Origin: Macrostomum lignano
Lineage: Eukaryota
DNA length: 64,000 nt
NCBI GenBank assembly: GCA_002269645.1
Contig: NIVC01000225.1
Span: 62,001 to 126,000 of the forward strand
Reading direction: 5' to 3'
The notes under the pieces were generated by a model. The model worked only from the letters and a program-made list of their open reading frames with translations, was not told the origin of the DNA and ran no database searches. Numbering within the stretch: position 1 is the first letter of the stretch; each line of letters begins with the position of its first letter. Position numbers and translations under genes: made by a program. Positions 1 through 11,800 of this stretch are shown piece by piece.

Positions 1-275
1 CCCTCCCCCGGTCTCACTTTTTAATGGATTGCGGACTCTGGCTGCAGTCCGTTTGCTCACAGCGCAATTATAGCAATAGCAGTTTTTTGATTTCTTGAGA
101 TCAAAATTTACCACCTGAGTCAGTTCTAATTAAATTGCTTGCTCGATTGCTTCTGGTCTCTGCTTCCTACTGCTCATTGCGCTGGAAATGTTTGCCGGTC
201 TACTATGAGTAATATGAGTAGTATATATGTTTGTGCGTTTTGCTGGGCCAGTGTAGAAGAGACATGATGACGCTG

Positions 276-1420
276 CAGAACAGCCTAAGATACTGTAGAA
301 AAGCCTGTAGATAATACAGAGAGCCAGTAGATAATGTAGAGAAGCCTGTAGATAATGCAGAAAAGCCTGTAGATAATACAGAGAGCCAGTGGATAATGTA
401 GAAAAGCCTGTAGATGATGCAAAAGAGCCTGTAGATAATGTAGAAAAGCCTGTAGATGATGCAGAAGAGCCTGTAGATAATGTAGAGAAGCCTGTAGATA
501 ATGCAGAAAAGCCTGTAGATAATACAGAGAGCCAGTGGATAATGTAGAAAAGCCTGTAGATGATGCAAAAGAGCCTGTAGATAATGTAGAAAAGCCTGTA
601 GATGATGCAGAAGAGCCTGTAGATAATGCAAAAGTCTGTAGATAATGCAGAAAAGCCTGTAGTAGGTAGATAATGTAGAAAAGTCTAGATAATGCAGAAA
701 AGCCTGTAGATAATTAAGAAAAGCCTGTAGATAATGTAGAAAAGCCTGTAGATAATGCAAAAGTCTGTAGATAATACAGAGAGCCAGTGGATAATGTAGA
801 AAAGCCTGTAGATGATGCAAAAGAGCCTGTAGATAATGTAGAAAAGCCTGTAGATGATGCAGAAGAGCCTGTAGATAATGCAGAAAAGCCTGTAGATAAT
901 ACAGAGAGCCAGTAGATAATGCAGAAAAGCCTGTAGTAGGCAGATAATGTAGAAAAGTCTAGATAATGCAGAAAAGCCTGTAGATATTTAAGAAAAGCCT
1001 GTAGATAATGTAGAAAAGCCTGTAGATGATGCAGAAAAGCCTGTAGATAATGCAGAAAAGCCTGTAGATAATACAGAGAGCCAGTAGATAATGTAGAAAA
1101 GCCTGTAGATAATACAGAGAGCCAGTAGATAATGTAGAAAAGCCTGTAGATGATGCAAAAGAGCCTGTAGATAATGTAGAAAAGCCTGTAGATGATGCAG
1201 AAGAGCCTGTAGATAATGCAGAAAAACCTGTCGATAATGCAGAAAAGCCTGTAGGTAATACAGAGAGCCAGTAGATAATGTAGAAAAGCCTGTAGATAAT
1301 GCAGAAAAACCTGTCGATAATGCAGAAAAGCCTGTAGGTAATACAGAGAGCCAGTAGATAATGTAGAAAAGCCTGTCGATAATGCAGAACAGCCTGTGGA
1401 TGATGCGGAAAAGCCTGTGC
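276..1420. repeat. Intronic minisatellite, ~21-bp unit (GTAGATAATGCAGAAAAGCCT and variants)
   Basis: Direct tandem repetition. It lies upstream of the acceptor at 1499-1501, so probably inside a DOCK intron. It explains the spurious minus-strand ORFs in 203-1466. Confidence 0.95.
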
Positions 1421-1501
1421 ATAAATTTTGAAAATCCTGTACATGACTATAATACTTTGCTGTCAAAAATCTGTAACAGAGGCTGTAAATCTGTCGCGCA
1501 G

Positions 1502-3362
1502 GTTGACGACACCAAGCTGGAGTCGGGCCGGGCCTACGTGCAGATCACCTACGTGCAGGCCGAGACCAGCGAGGCGGACGGCAGCTCGCGCCACTTCGTG
1601 CTGGAGACGCCGTTCACCCGCAGCGGGGAGCGACACGGCTCGGTGGAGGATCAGTGGCGCCGGCGCACCCGCCTGACCGCCGAGGCCGCCTTCCCCACCG
1701 TGGTGAAGCGGCTGCGCGTCATCCGGTCGGAGCACGAGGATCTCAGCCCGTTGGCTGTGGCGGTGCTGGAGCTGCGGGCCGCCGCCGCGAAGATTCGATC
1801 GGCCGCCGAGGCGGAGCCGCCGGACATGAAGCGGCTGCAGATGGTCCTGCAGGGCTGTCTGGCCACTCAGGTGCGCGGCTGGCTTTGGAGCTGTTTTGGA
1901 ATTCATGCTCGCATCCTGGATTGATAGCGGCTTTTGGCTCAAGGCTTGAAGGCAGTAACGGACACCAGTCACATTCACACAGGCACCAGTCATATTCACA
2001 CAGGCACCAAGCCCCAGTCACAGGCACCAGTCACACAGGCTCCAGCCCCAGTCACACAGACACCAGAACCAATCACACATGCACCAGCCCCAGTCACACA
2101 GGCGCCAGTCACACAGGCATCAGTCACACAGGCGCCAGTCACACAGGCATCAGTCACACAGGCGCCAGTCACACAGGCGCCAGTCACACAGGCTCACCCC
2201 AGTCACAAGGCACCAGCCCCAGTCACACAGGCGCCAGTCACACAGGCACCTGTCACACAGGCTCATCCCAGTCACACAGGTATCAATCACACGGGCACCA
2301 GCCCCAGTCACACAGGCGCCAGTCACACAGGCATCAGTCACACATGCGCCAGTCACACAGGCATCAGTCACACAGGCGCCAGTCACACAGGCTCACCCCA
2401 GTCACACAGGCACCAGCGCCAGTCACAGAGGCACCAGTCACACAGGCACCAGCCCCAGTCACACAGGCGCCAGTCACACAGGCACCTGTCACACAGGCTC
2501 ATCCCAGTCACACAGGAATCAGTCACAGAGGCACCAGTCACACAGGCACCAGCCCCAGTCACACAGGCGCCAGTCACACAGGCGCCAGTCACACAGGCTC
2601 ACCCCAGTCACACAGGCACCAGCGCCAGTCACAGAGGCACCAGTCACACAGGCACCAGCCCCAGTCACACAGGCGCCAGTTACACAGGCACCTGTCACAC
2701 AGGCTCATCCCAGTCACACAGGAATCAGTCACAGAGGCACCAGTCACACAGGCACCAGCCCCAGTCACACAGGCGCCAGTCACACAGGCACCTGTCACAC
2801 AGGCTCATCCCAGTCACACAGGAATCAGTCACAGAGGCACCAGTCACACAGGCACCAGCCCCAGTCACACAGGCGCCAGTCACACAGGCACCTGTCACAC
2901 AGGCTCATCCCAGTCACACAGGAATCAGTCACAGAGGCACCAGTCACACAGGCACCAGCCCCAGTCACACAGGCGCCAGTCACAGAGACACCTATCACAC
3001 AGGCTCACCCCAGTCACACAGGCATCAGTCACAGAGGCACCAGTCACACAGGCTCACCCCGATCCCCGCAGGTGCACGCCGGCCCCATGGCCTACGCGCA
3101 CGCCTTCCTGGCGCCGAATCGCCGCATCGCCTACACTGGCGACCGCCGGCTGCAAGAGCTCGAGGAGGAGTTCGCCGAGCTGCTGCGGGCCTGCAAGCTG
3201 GGGCTCCGGGTGAACAAGGCGCTGGTCCGCTCAGACCAGATGGAGTACCACCAGTGCCTGGTCAGCGGCTTCGAGAAACTGCGCGACCAGCTGCTGCTGC
3301 AGGACGGCGACGACTGCCTGTCGCTGAGCAGCCAGTTCAGCCAGCTGGACTCGCACGCCTGA
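1502..3362 (+). CDS. DOCK9/10/11: DOCK-D/zizimin family Cdc42 GEF, C-terminal DHR-2 exons 1502-1870 and 3072-3362; the 5' part lies outside the window
   Basis: Translation gives AYVQITYV..FVLETPFT..G..HG.VEDQWRRRT.LT...FP.V.KR..LQMVLQG..TQ|VHAGPMAYAHAFL..VNKALVRSDQMEYH, which is the DHR-2 lobe B/C signature. The AGP.AYA.AFL motif fits the DOCK9-11 subgroup. Splice sites are CAG (1499-1501), GT at 1871 and CAG (3069-3071), in phase 0. Stop TGA at 3360-3362. Confidence 0.9.
1961..3060. repeat. Intronic CA-rich minisatellite (CAGTCACACAGG core with higher-order units) filling the last DOCK intron
   Basis: Direct tandem repetition between the donor at 1871 and the acceptor at 3071. Confidence 0.95.
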
Positions 3363-4159
3363 GCCGCTGGTTTGATGTTTTTAGCCTTCAAACTGGTTTT
3401 TAACCTTCTTTTCCCTCGCTTTCTTACCATTGTATTTCAACAGGGTTATCTTCAAGCCTACTAAGTCTTTATTAAGGCCACAAAAAAGTGTATTGCCTAA
3501 GCAGTCCCCTGAAATCCCGGCTCTCTTTGGGGTGCCGAACTTCTGTCTATGGCCAAAACCGGAAAACCGCGGCAGTGTGCTCAATACTGATGAGGCCGCC
3601 GCTTTCAGTTCTCATGAAATCCCAGTCTCACGCCTCCGTGTCTGGTGTTCCACTATTTAACCAGGAAATCGTTTATTTTATTACTCTTTTAACCAAGAAT
3701 TGTTTTCGAATTTTTCAATAGAATATTGTTTAACTGACAATATTAATTGCTTGCGGATTTGGCTGGCTTTGTAAGCCCCCCCCCAGCCTCTCTGCTCAGT
3801 ATTCCCGGCTAGGCGCCCAGTGTTAATCAGCTGTTTCTGTGGCGAAGTTTTAGTTCAGTACAATCAGCTTTTGTTAAGCGTATTTCTATGCACGTGAAGC
3901 ATCCGTGATTTTGCTCAGATATTTGTCGGCACTCCTGTACCCAATATTATTATATTTGAGCATTATATATTTACTAAATTGTAACAACACGCTAACCCCA
4001 GGCTGTGCGAATCATTGTGCACTTGCGTCCTTGACTGTGCCACTAGTAGAGCTGCTAGGTCTGATGTTCACTGACTTCCCGCGCTTAGCAGTGGCTACAA
4101 GCGATTTGTACTTTTGGTTTGTTAGAAGACACAACTGTATGGTTTGCACTTTTGGGATC

Positions 4160-4875
4160 GTAGGCTACAGAAACTGTACTTTTAGGGTTGTAGGCTATAG
4201 AAACTGTACTTTTAGGGTTGTAGGCTATAGAAACTGTACTTTTAGGGTTGTAGGCTATAGAAACTGTACTTTTAGGGTTGTAGGCTATAGAAACTGTACT
4301 TTTAGGGTTAGCTACAGAAACTGTACTTTTAGGGTTGTAGGCTATAGAAACTGTACTTTTAGGGTTAGCTACAGAAACTGTACTTTTAGGGTTGTAGGCT
4401 ATAGAAACTGTACTTTTAGGGTTAGCTACAGAAACTGTACTTTTAGGGTTGTAGGCTATAGAAACTGTACTTTTAGGGTTGTAGGCTACAGAAACTGTAC
4501 TTTTAGGGTTAGCTACAGAAACTGTACATTTAGGGTAGTTAGCTATAGAAACTGTACTTTTAGGGTAGTTAGCTATAGAAACTGTGTACTTTAAGGGTAG
4601 TAAGCTACAGAAACTGTGTACTTTCAGGGTAGCTAGCTATAAAAACTGTACTTTTTGGGTAGTAAGCTATAAACTGTACGTTTAGGGCAGTAAACGCAGC
4701 GACTGTACTTTTAGGGTAGTTAGCTATAGAAACTGTGTACTTTAAGGGTAGTAAGCTACAGAAACTGTGTACTTTTAGGGTAGTTAGCTATAGAAACTGT
4801 GTACTTTAAGGGTAGTAAGCTACAGAAACTGTGTACTTTTAGGGTAGTTAGCTATAGAAACTGTGTACTTTTAAT
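4160..4875. repeat. Minisatellite with 27-32-bp units (GAAACTGTACTTTTAGGGTTGTAGGCTATA)
   Basis: Direct tandem repetition; the unit drifts in sequence from left to right. Confidence 0.95.
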
Positions 4876-5367
4876 GTACTATTCTGCGAAGACTGTCAAT
4901 TTTATCTAATAATCTACAGCCCGTACTTTTATAGTAGGAAGCTACGAAGACTTTGCTCTTGTATTCTAAGGCAGAGATCCGATTCCAAGTCACTTCGCTA
5001 TCCATCCAGTTTTTTCCTGAGCTTGCTCGCGCCCCGTGAGTCGGCGCCATATTTTTCTTCCATTTATTTCCATAGAGCGCTTCGCCGAGCTGGAGATCAT
5101 CTATTTTTGCTTGCTTCCGCCCCCTGTGATTTCTGTTTGCCCCTGCGCCCCCGCCCGAGCGTGCGGCAGGGACTTCCCAGCCGAATTCGCTTGCCCCAGA
5201 CTGACCGGCTCTGGCCGACTTTGGTGCTCCTTCACTATCGTAATGCTAAGCATGCATAAATATAAATACATATTTCTATATTAGCAAGGCGTTCTTGAAC
5301 TTAATTCATTTCTTAAACCTCAATAACCCTTCTGTGTTATTGCGACGGAAGAAATTCTTTTGAATTC

Positions 5368-5763
5368 GACTGACTGACTGACTGACTGACTGACTGACTG
5401 ACTGACTGACTGACTGACTGACTGACTGACTGACTGACTGACTGACTGACTGACTGACTGACTGACTGACTGACTGACTGACTGACTGACTGACTGACTG
5501 ACTGACTGACTGACTGACTGACTGACTGACTGACTGACTGACTGACTGACTGACTGACTGACTGACTGACTGACTGACTGACTGACTGACTGACTGACTG
5601 ACTGACTGACTGACTGACTGACTGACTGACTGACTGACTGACTGACTGACTGACGTCTGACTGACTGACTGACTGACTGACGTCTGACTGACTGACTGAC
5701 TGACTGACTGACTGACTGACTGACTGACTGACTGACTGACTGACTGACTGACTGACTGACTGA
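5368..5763. repeat. (GACT)n microsatellite, ~99 units, with two GACGTCT interruptions
   Basis: Seen directly. Confidence 0.99.
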
Positions 5764-6156
5764 ATTATCACTCTGGGCAGGAGATTGGGATTAGATCATG
5801 GCTGGGGATATTCCCCAGCGCATCCGGCTTGAGATCAGCTTCCTTGATCGGGCTTTCAATTTTTCTCCTAATCCTATCGAGCTCTGCCGGTCCGGCTCAG
5901 GAGCGGCACTGAGCTGAGAGATGCTCCCGCATGAATCTCATTAGACTGGCCGTCCGGTTAAAGGATGCCCACGAGCTCGGCCGCCCCGGCTGGCTGCACC
6001 TGTAATTTCCCGTCCTTTGTCCGCCAGCGACCCCATTGGACGGTTTTGGCATTCGTCCGGCCGCTGCCGCCCTCTTCCAATATTTAGAAGGGTAGCCGGC
6101 TCTGCTCCCGCCGGAGATCTGCTTCTGCTGCTCTCTGCTGACCGCCGTATCAGAAG

Positions 6157-6876
6157 ATGAACTTCTTCAGCCTGCGGCTGCTGCTCGCCTGCTGCCTCAT
6201 GGCCGCCTTGGTTGACTGCAGGGCCCCGTTTGTGCCAAAGTTGCTCCAAGATCCGGACCGCTTGCTTTCTATGACCAGATACGGTGAGTGCTATGACTGA
6301 GGGTGAGCTGTGTATGACCAGACACTGACAGCTATGACTGAGTGGTGAACTGTGTATGACCACAGACACACTGACAGCTACAACTGAGGGCTGAGTCATG
6401 TATGACCAGACACTGACAGCTACAACTGAGGGCTGAGTCATGTATGACCAGACACTGACAGCTACAACTGAGGGCTGAATCCTGTATGACCAGACACTGA
6501 CAGCTACAACTGAGGGCTGAATCCTGTATGACCAGACACTGACAGCTATGACTGAGTGGTGAGCTGTGTATGACCACAGACACTGACAGCTATGACTGAG
6601 TGGTGAGCTGTGTATGACCGGTCAGATCCTGAGAGCTTTCGTGGCAGCCTTTTAAATTGACCTAAAACTTGAAGCGCTCATGGATTCCGAGCCCGCAGTC
6701 ATCCTAGCAACAAAATCCTCATTTTCCCAGAGGCCATGATAGCGATCATGAGTGAGGTGTGCGAGGACTCGTGCCGCTATTCGCACCCCGGCGTACCCGA
6801 GTGCTCGGGCTACTACACGGGCAACTGGCACATGTACAACGACTGCGTGTGCACCTCCTGCAGCTTTTTTGGTTGA
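6157..6876 (+). CDS. Small secreted Cys-rich (defensin-like, CS-alpha/beta type) peptide precursor, 90 aa; exons 6157-6283 and 6731-6876
   Basis: ATG at 6157, donor G|GTGAGT at 6284, acceptor TTTTCCCAG at 6730 (phase 1 on both sides) and TGA at 6874-6876. The spliced protein is MNFFSLRLLLACCLMAALVDCRAPFVPKLLQDPDRLLSMTRYEAMIAIMSEVCEDSCRYSHPGVPECSGYYTGNWHMYNDCVCTSCSFFG. It has a hydrophobic signal peptide, CxxxC and CxC motifs, and GC3-rich codons like the neighbouring genes. Confidence 0.75.
6289..6620. repeat. Intronic minisatellite, 42-bp unit
   Basis: TATGACC recurs at 6401, 6443, 6485 and 6527. Confidence 0.9.
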
Positions 6877-7084
6877 CGCGGGGCTGCGCGCGCTGAATCC
6901 GGAGGAGACTGCATGCTCGGGCCGGGGAGGGGCCGCCCCATTTGGCTAAATACACGCGAACTGTCCGGTCGGTTCAGGCTGGCCGAGACACCTGCAGCTG
7001 CTTGGCTTGAATATCTTTAAATATTTGATAATCTGATCTTTAACTTATCGACAAAAGATTCCAACTGACTGACAGTATTTTGAT

Positions 7085-7130
7085 CAGGGGTGGGCAACTG
7101 CGACCAGCGGGCCACATGCGCCCTCTGAGT
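7085..7130 (+). mobile_element. Possible solo left end of a hAT/Charlie-type DNA transposon
   Basis: CAGGGGTGGGCAAC..GCGGGCCACATGCG resembles common hAT terminal sequences. No matching right end was found. Confidence 0.35.
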
Positions 7131-7177
7131 CCTTTGAAACTTCACAATGGCAAATCGGTCCGCTTAAGGTTTGCCTC

Positions 7178-7410
7178 TTCTCAGCTCTCTTCTCCCTCTC
7201 ATCTCCTTCTCTCCTCTCCTCTCCCTTCTCTCCTCTCCTTCCTTCTCTCCTCTCCTCTCCTCTCTCTTCTCTCTCCTCTTCTCTCCATTCTCTCCCTTCT
7301 CTCCGTTCCCTTCTCTCCTCTCGTCTTCTCTCTTCTTTGTTCCCTCACTTCTTTCTCCTATCTCTTTTTGCTCTTCTCTATTCCTTCTCCTCTCTCTCCC
7401 TTCCTCTGAC
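7178..7410. repeat. CT-rich low-complexity polypyrimidine tract
   Basis: Almost pure C/T on the plus strand. Confidence 0.9.
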
Positions 7411-8187
7411 GCAGTCATTCGTAGGTTCTCTATCTGGCCCTTCAGCTACTAAGAGTAGACTAATGAGCAAATTATAACGAATTTCTGATTGTTCACTGGA
7501 TCGATCAGCTCGTGATCTGGGGCGATAAGACGGTCCCTGAGAGTGGAGCTCTTTGTGGTCGATGCTGGCTCGCAGGCATCCCTAGAGTGCCGCCCCCCAC
7601 ACCGGCACATCTGTCTGCAGCAGTTCCTGAGCTTTGAATAATTCACCCACTCGGATGAGGAGCTCCTGGGGCAGCTGCCGTGCCCGATATACAATCTTCA
7701 TTACGGCAGGACTCGCTATTCTCAACTGCGAGTTGCTATGGGCATTTTTTGCACGAGTAGGAATTAATTTGTAAGCAATTTATTTTTTTGACACTGACAA
7801 TGCTGTAATTATACTATTTTAGACAGCAATATAACTTCAAGGAACAGTCCGATCAGTGGTTGCGCGCACACTAAAATTGATAATAAAGGAACCAACTCTG
7901 TCGGGGAAAAACTTTGGGCTTCTAAGATTTCCTGTGTGTTCGAGTTCGCAAGCTGTGCTGCTCAGCTGGGTGCTTGCTGAGTGAGTCTGCTTGGCTGCGT
8001 AGGCCAGAATCGATGATTGACTGAACCAGCATCCTATAGACTGCAGGGGCTCATTTAATTTGTGCGGATAATGAGTCACCACTAATGCAGCTGAGCAGCG
8101 TTCGGATTAAAAATGTCCATCACAATTTAACAAACAACCATGGACAGGAAAACAACGGGTCACGGAAAGAGGAAACTTACAGACAAC

Positions 8188-8810
8188 ACCTATCTCACTT
8201 TCACCCACCTCACTCTCATCCCATCTCACTAACCCATCTCACTCTCTGTCAATCTCACTCTCATCAATATCACTCTCACCCACCTCATTCTCACCAATCT
8301 CACTCTCGCCCATCTCACTCCCACCCATCTCACTCTCTGGCCATCTCACACTCACCTATTTCACTCTCATCAATCTCACTCTCACGAATTTCACTCTCAC
8401 CCATCTCTCTCTCATCCCATCTCACTCTCTGTTCATCTCACTCTCATCAATCTCACTCTCACCCATCTTACTCTCACCCCATCCTACTCTCACCCATCTC
8501 ACTCTCATCAATCTCACATCCCACCCATCTCACTCTCCCCATCTCACTCTCATCAATCTCACTCTCACAAATTTTACTCTTACCCATCTCAATCTCACCT
8601 ATCTCACTCTCACTCATCTCTTATCAAACTCAATCTCACTCATCTCACTCTAACCCATCTCACTCTAATCATTTCACTCTCATCAATCTCACTCTCACAA
8701 ATTCACTCTTACCCATCTCAATCTCAGCAATCTCACTCTCAATCATCTCACTCTCATCAAACTCAATCTCACCCAACTCACTCTCATCCATCTCACTCAC
8801 CCCATGTCAT
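8188..8810. repeat. Minisatellite, ~15-bp unit (CTCACTCTCATCAAT / CTCACTCTCACCCAT)
   Basis: Degenerate tandem repetition just downstream of the globin stop codon. Confidence 0.9.
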
Positions 8811-8892
8811 GTCATGCGTATCTCATGTTCTCATTTTATGCCATCTCAAGTCATAAACTCATCTGTCCTTCATCAAGCAGCCCAGTCAGTTG

Positions 8893-11800
8893 CTAGCCCA
8901 GCTGCTGCTGCTGCGATGGCCCGTTGGCGCTGCTGCCTCGGCCAGCAGCCTCGGCCCGGAGCCTGATGCCGACCTCCATCTTGCCGGTGATGTAGCGGAA
9001 CACAGCCAGCCAAGCTCGGCTCACTGCTCTGCTGTAGCTGGGGCCCAGCTTCTCTTGCAGGGCAAAGCTGACGGCGGGCCACAGCCTCTGCATAGGAATC
9101 GGGGCAGCGGCTCGAATTGAAAAGCTGCAGGTGAACTCAAGCTCAGCATACTAATTGCCACTTGCTCAAGGTGGAGAGCAGACCAGCTCAGCCGTTGGCG
9201 CATTCTGACTCTTGAGCCAAACTACCCTGGGGTTCGAATCCGTGTGCCGATCACCCTGCCTTGCAGCAGTGCCCAAAACCTTAGTGCAAACTCACTGCAT
9301 CCCATCTCACCCATCTAATTCTCAAGGTGACTCTGAGGTTCAAGCACATGTGGGTGCATTCGTGGGGCTGTAAATGGGGTTGTAGCCTTCAGATGCGCCG
9401 CGCAATAACTGCGGCTGAGTAAGCTGTCGGTTGCACATCTGGCCCAATTGGCCAGATACGAGCGTCATAGTAATAATTATTATTATTATTAATACTGTTA
9501 TTATTGTTACTATCATTATCATGATTATGATTATAATTATTGCTACTGTTATTCATGGGCAGCTAAAAGCAGAACGCTGCACTCTCACATTCAAGCAAAT
9601 TTTGACATGAAATCCCCATTTTATCCCCATTATCCCCTGGAATCCCAAGAAAGAGACTGCATGGGATGACAGCTGTCTCGGCGTTTCTCTAGTCAGCTGG
9701 TCCGACCAGTTTTTGCTTCCAGTCAGACTGATGGAAGGAGAATGCTTCCATTATCTTTTAAGCATTGTTGAGATAAGTTGAGCTACAACTGAATTTCTTT
9801 AGATTTAAATTTGGGGTGAGTTTAGAATAACTTACAAGAATTTTTCGGACCTTTAGGGATCAACACAACGGGAATTCATCTCTCCATCTTTTTACAAAAC
9901 TTTTTTTCGTATATTCTGGCTGTTTTCTGATAGAATTCGCTGATAAGCTGCAGTTCGGCATGGAGCTGAAGTGCTCCATGCTAATCCTGCAGATCTCTGC
10001 GGATCTATACCAGTTGAACTCAGTACTTCAGGCTTCACAAATCTGTTGGAATTGCCACGCGTGAAGGCTTGTTCCCCGCAATTTCTTCAGCTCATAAATA
10101 TTTACAGCTTTGGCGGACTGTCGACAAAATCGCAGTTTATGAGCGCAAAGGGGCGATGCAGATCGCACTAGAAGATTTTATTGCTGCTCAAAGGAAGCGC
10201 CACTGAAAGTTCCAATCGGCTGCCAAAATGGAAATTTCTCTGCGCTTCCGGTCTGATCTCAGACCTGAGATAGATTTTTTTGTCTAAGGAGTCAGAAGCC
10301 AGAATATAAATTCAACTGTGGATAAAGGCATTACTGGGGTTGGACAAAATATTCTGCAGACAAAGGATGGGTCTTCGATTGAAAATTCTAACTCCCAAAA
10401 GCTCTTCCCCTATTGTACCCACATTGAATAACGTGCAATAAACTAGCTGGCTAACTCTCCTGCCCGAAGCTCTACCCCAAATGTACATTGACTGGCGTGC
10501 AATAAACTGTCTGGCTAACTCCCCTGCCCGAAGCTCTACCCCCAATTTACATCGACTAACGCAATAAACTGGCTGGCTAACTCCCCTGCCCGAAGCTCTA
10601 CCCCCAATGTACATCGACTAACGCAATAAACTGGCTGGCTAACTTCCCTGCCCGAAGCTCTACCCCCAATGTACATTGACTGGCGTGCAATAAACTGGCT
10701 GGCTAACTCTCCTGCCCGAAGCTCTACCCCCAATGTACATTGACTGGCGTGCAATAAACTGGCTGGCTAACTCCCCTGCCCGAAGCTCTACCCCCAATGT
10801 ACATTGACTGGCGTGCAATAAACTCGCCAACTGTACTGTTCAAAGCTTTTTTCTGCATTGTAATTTTTTCATTACCTCTGGTTTGGCTCTGCCCCCCCCC
10901 CCCCGCGGCCAAAGAGAAGCGAGTTTACTAACCATGAGGTGCTCCGGCCTTACTTGGAAGGCCCAGTGTGCCTGGCCCAGAGCCAGCAGCACTGAATTGA
11001 GCATCAGCGCGTCCTCCAGGCAGTCCACGGCGGCTCCCAGCGCCTGCATCACCGCCAGGCCGTGCCGCTCCAATTTGCGCAAGTCAAATCGCTGCTGACA
11101 GCGACCGTCTGGAGCGACGCCGACGCCGCCGCCACCTCCGCTGTGCTCGGGAAGGCCGTCGCCTTCAAAATGTTCTTCCTGAGTGCCGTCGGGACACATC
11201 AGCCTGCAGAACAGGCCGCGGAGGTCGGCGTCGGTCTCGAATAGCCTGACGATGACAGTGAGAGGAAATCAAACTGGATGAAATTTTCCTTATTTTGCCC
11301 GCCCCAATTCAATTATTTTTCTGTTCTAATCTGCTCAATCAGCGGCTAATTTACTAATGAATCGGTAAGCTGGAGGCCACTGGAAGGTTGATTCTAATAT
11401 AATTTCGACTTGAGAAAAAATATGCCGAGAGCTATACTGCTTTGCTCCGAGGATGTCCGGGTTGCTCAGCCTACTTTTGGGCCTGCTTGAAGCAAAAGCG
11501 CTCAAGTTAGATAAGGTGCAGTTAGAGGTGAGTAGAGGTGCCGGGGAGGGAGTGCAATTGTACATTGAGGTGGGTGCAGATGGCAAGGGAGTGCAAGTGT
11601 ACATTGAGGTGGGTGCAGATGGCAAGGGAGTGCAAGTGTACATTGAGGTGGGTGCAGATGGCAAGGGAGTGCAATTGTGTGCATTGTGGTGGATGCAGAT
11701 GGCAAGGGAGTGCAAGTGTGCATTGTGGTGGATGCAGATGGCAAGGGAGTGCAAGTGTGCATTGTGGTGGATGCAGATGGCAAGGGAGTGCAAGTGTGCA

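Noticed and set aside
203-1466. Long minus-strand ORFs (144-250 aa)
   Set aside because: They are translations of a 21-bp tandem repeat with no stop codons on that strand; no coding signal.
1654-3403. 427-519-aa His/Thr/Gln-rich ORFs resembling mucin or adhesive proteins
   Set aside because: All three frames are open only because of the CAGTCACACAGG repeat. The region is bounded by a GT-AG pair that joins two DOCK exons in frame.
3586-3625. CTGATGAG...GAAA, resembling a hammerhead ribozyme core
   Set aside because: The pairing (ATGAG/CTCAT) consumes the core nucleotides, and stems I-III cannot be built.
4160-4875. TTTTAGGG telomere-like motif
   Set aside because: It occurs once per ~30-bp unit rather than as a tandem telomeric tract.
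5337-5771. SQSV-repeat ORF
   Set aside because: Translation of the (GACT)n microsatellite.
7449-7720. Cys-containing minus-strand ORF (CCRQMCRC, superficially insulin-like)
   Set aside because: Cys spacing does not fit insulin A/B chains, and I found no signal peptide or supporting splice structure.
8085-8966. 293-aa His/Ser-rich ORF
   Set aside because: Mostly the 15-bp minisatellite; its end is antisense to globin exon 3.
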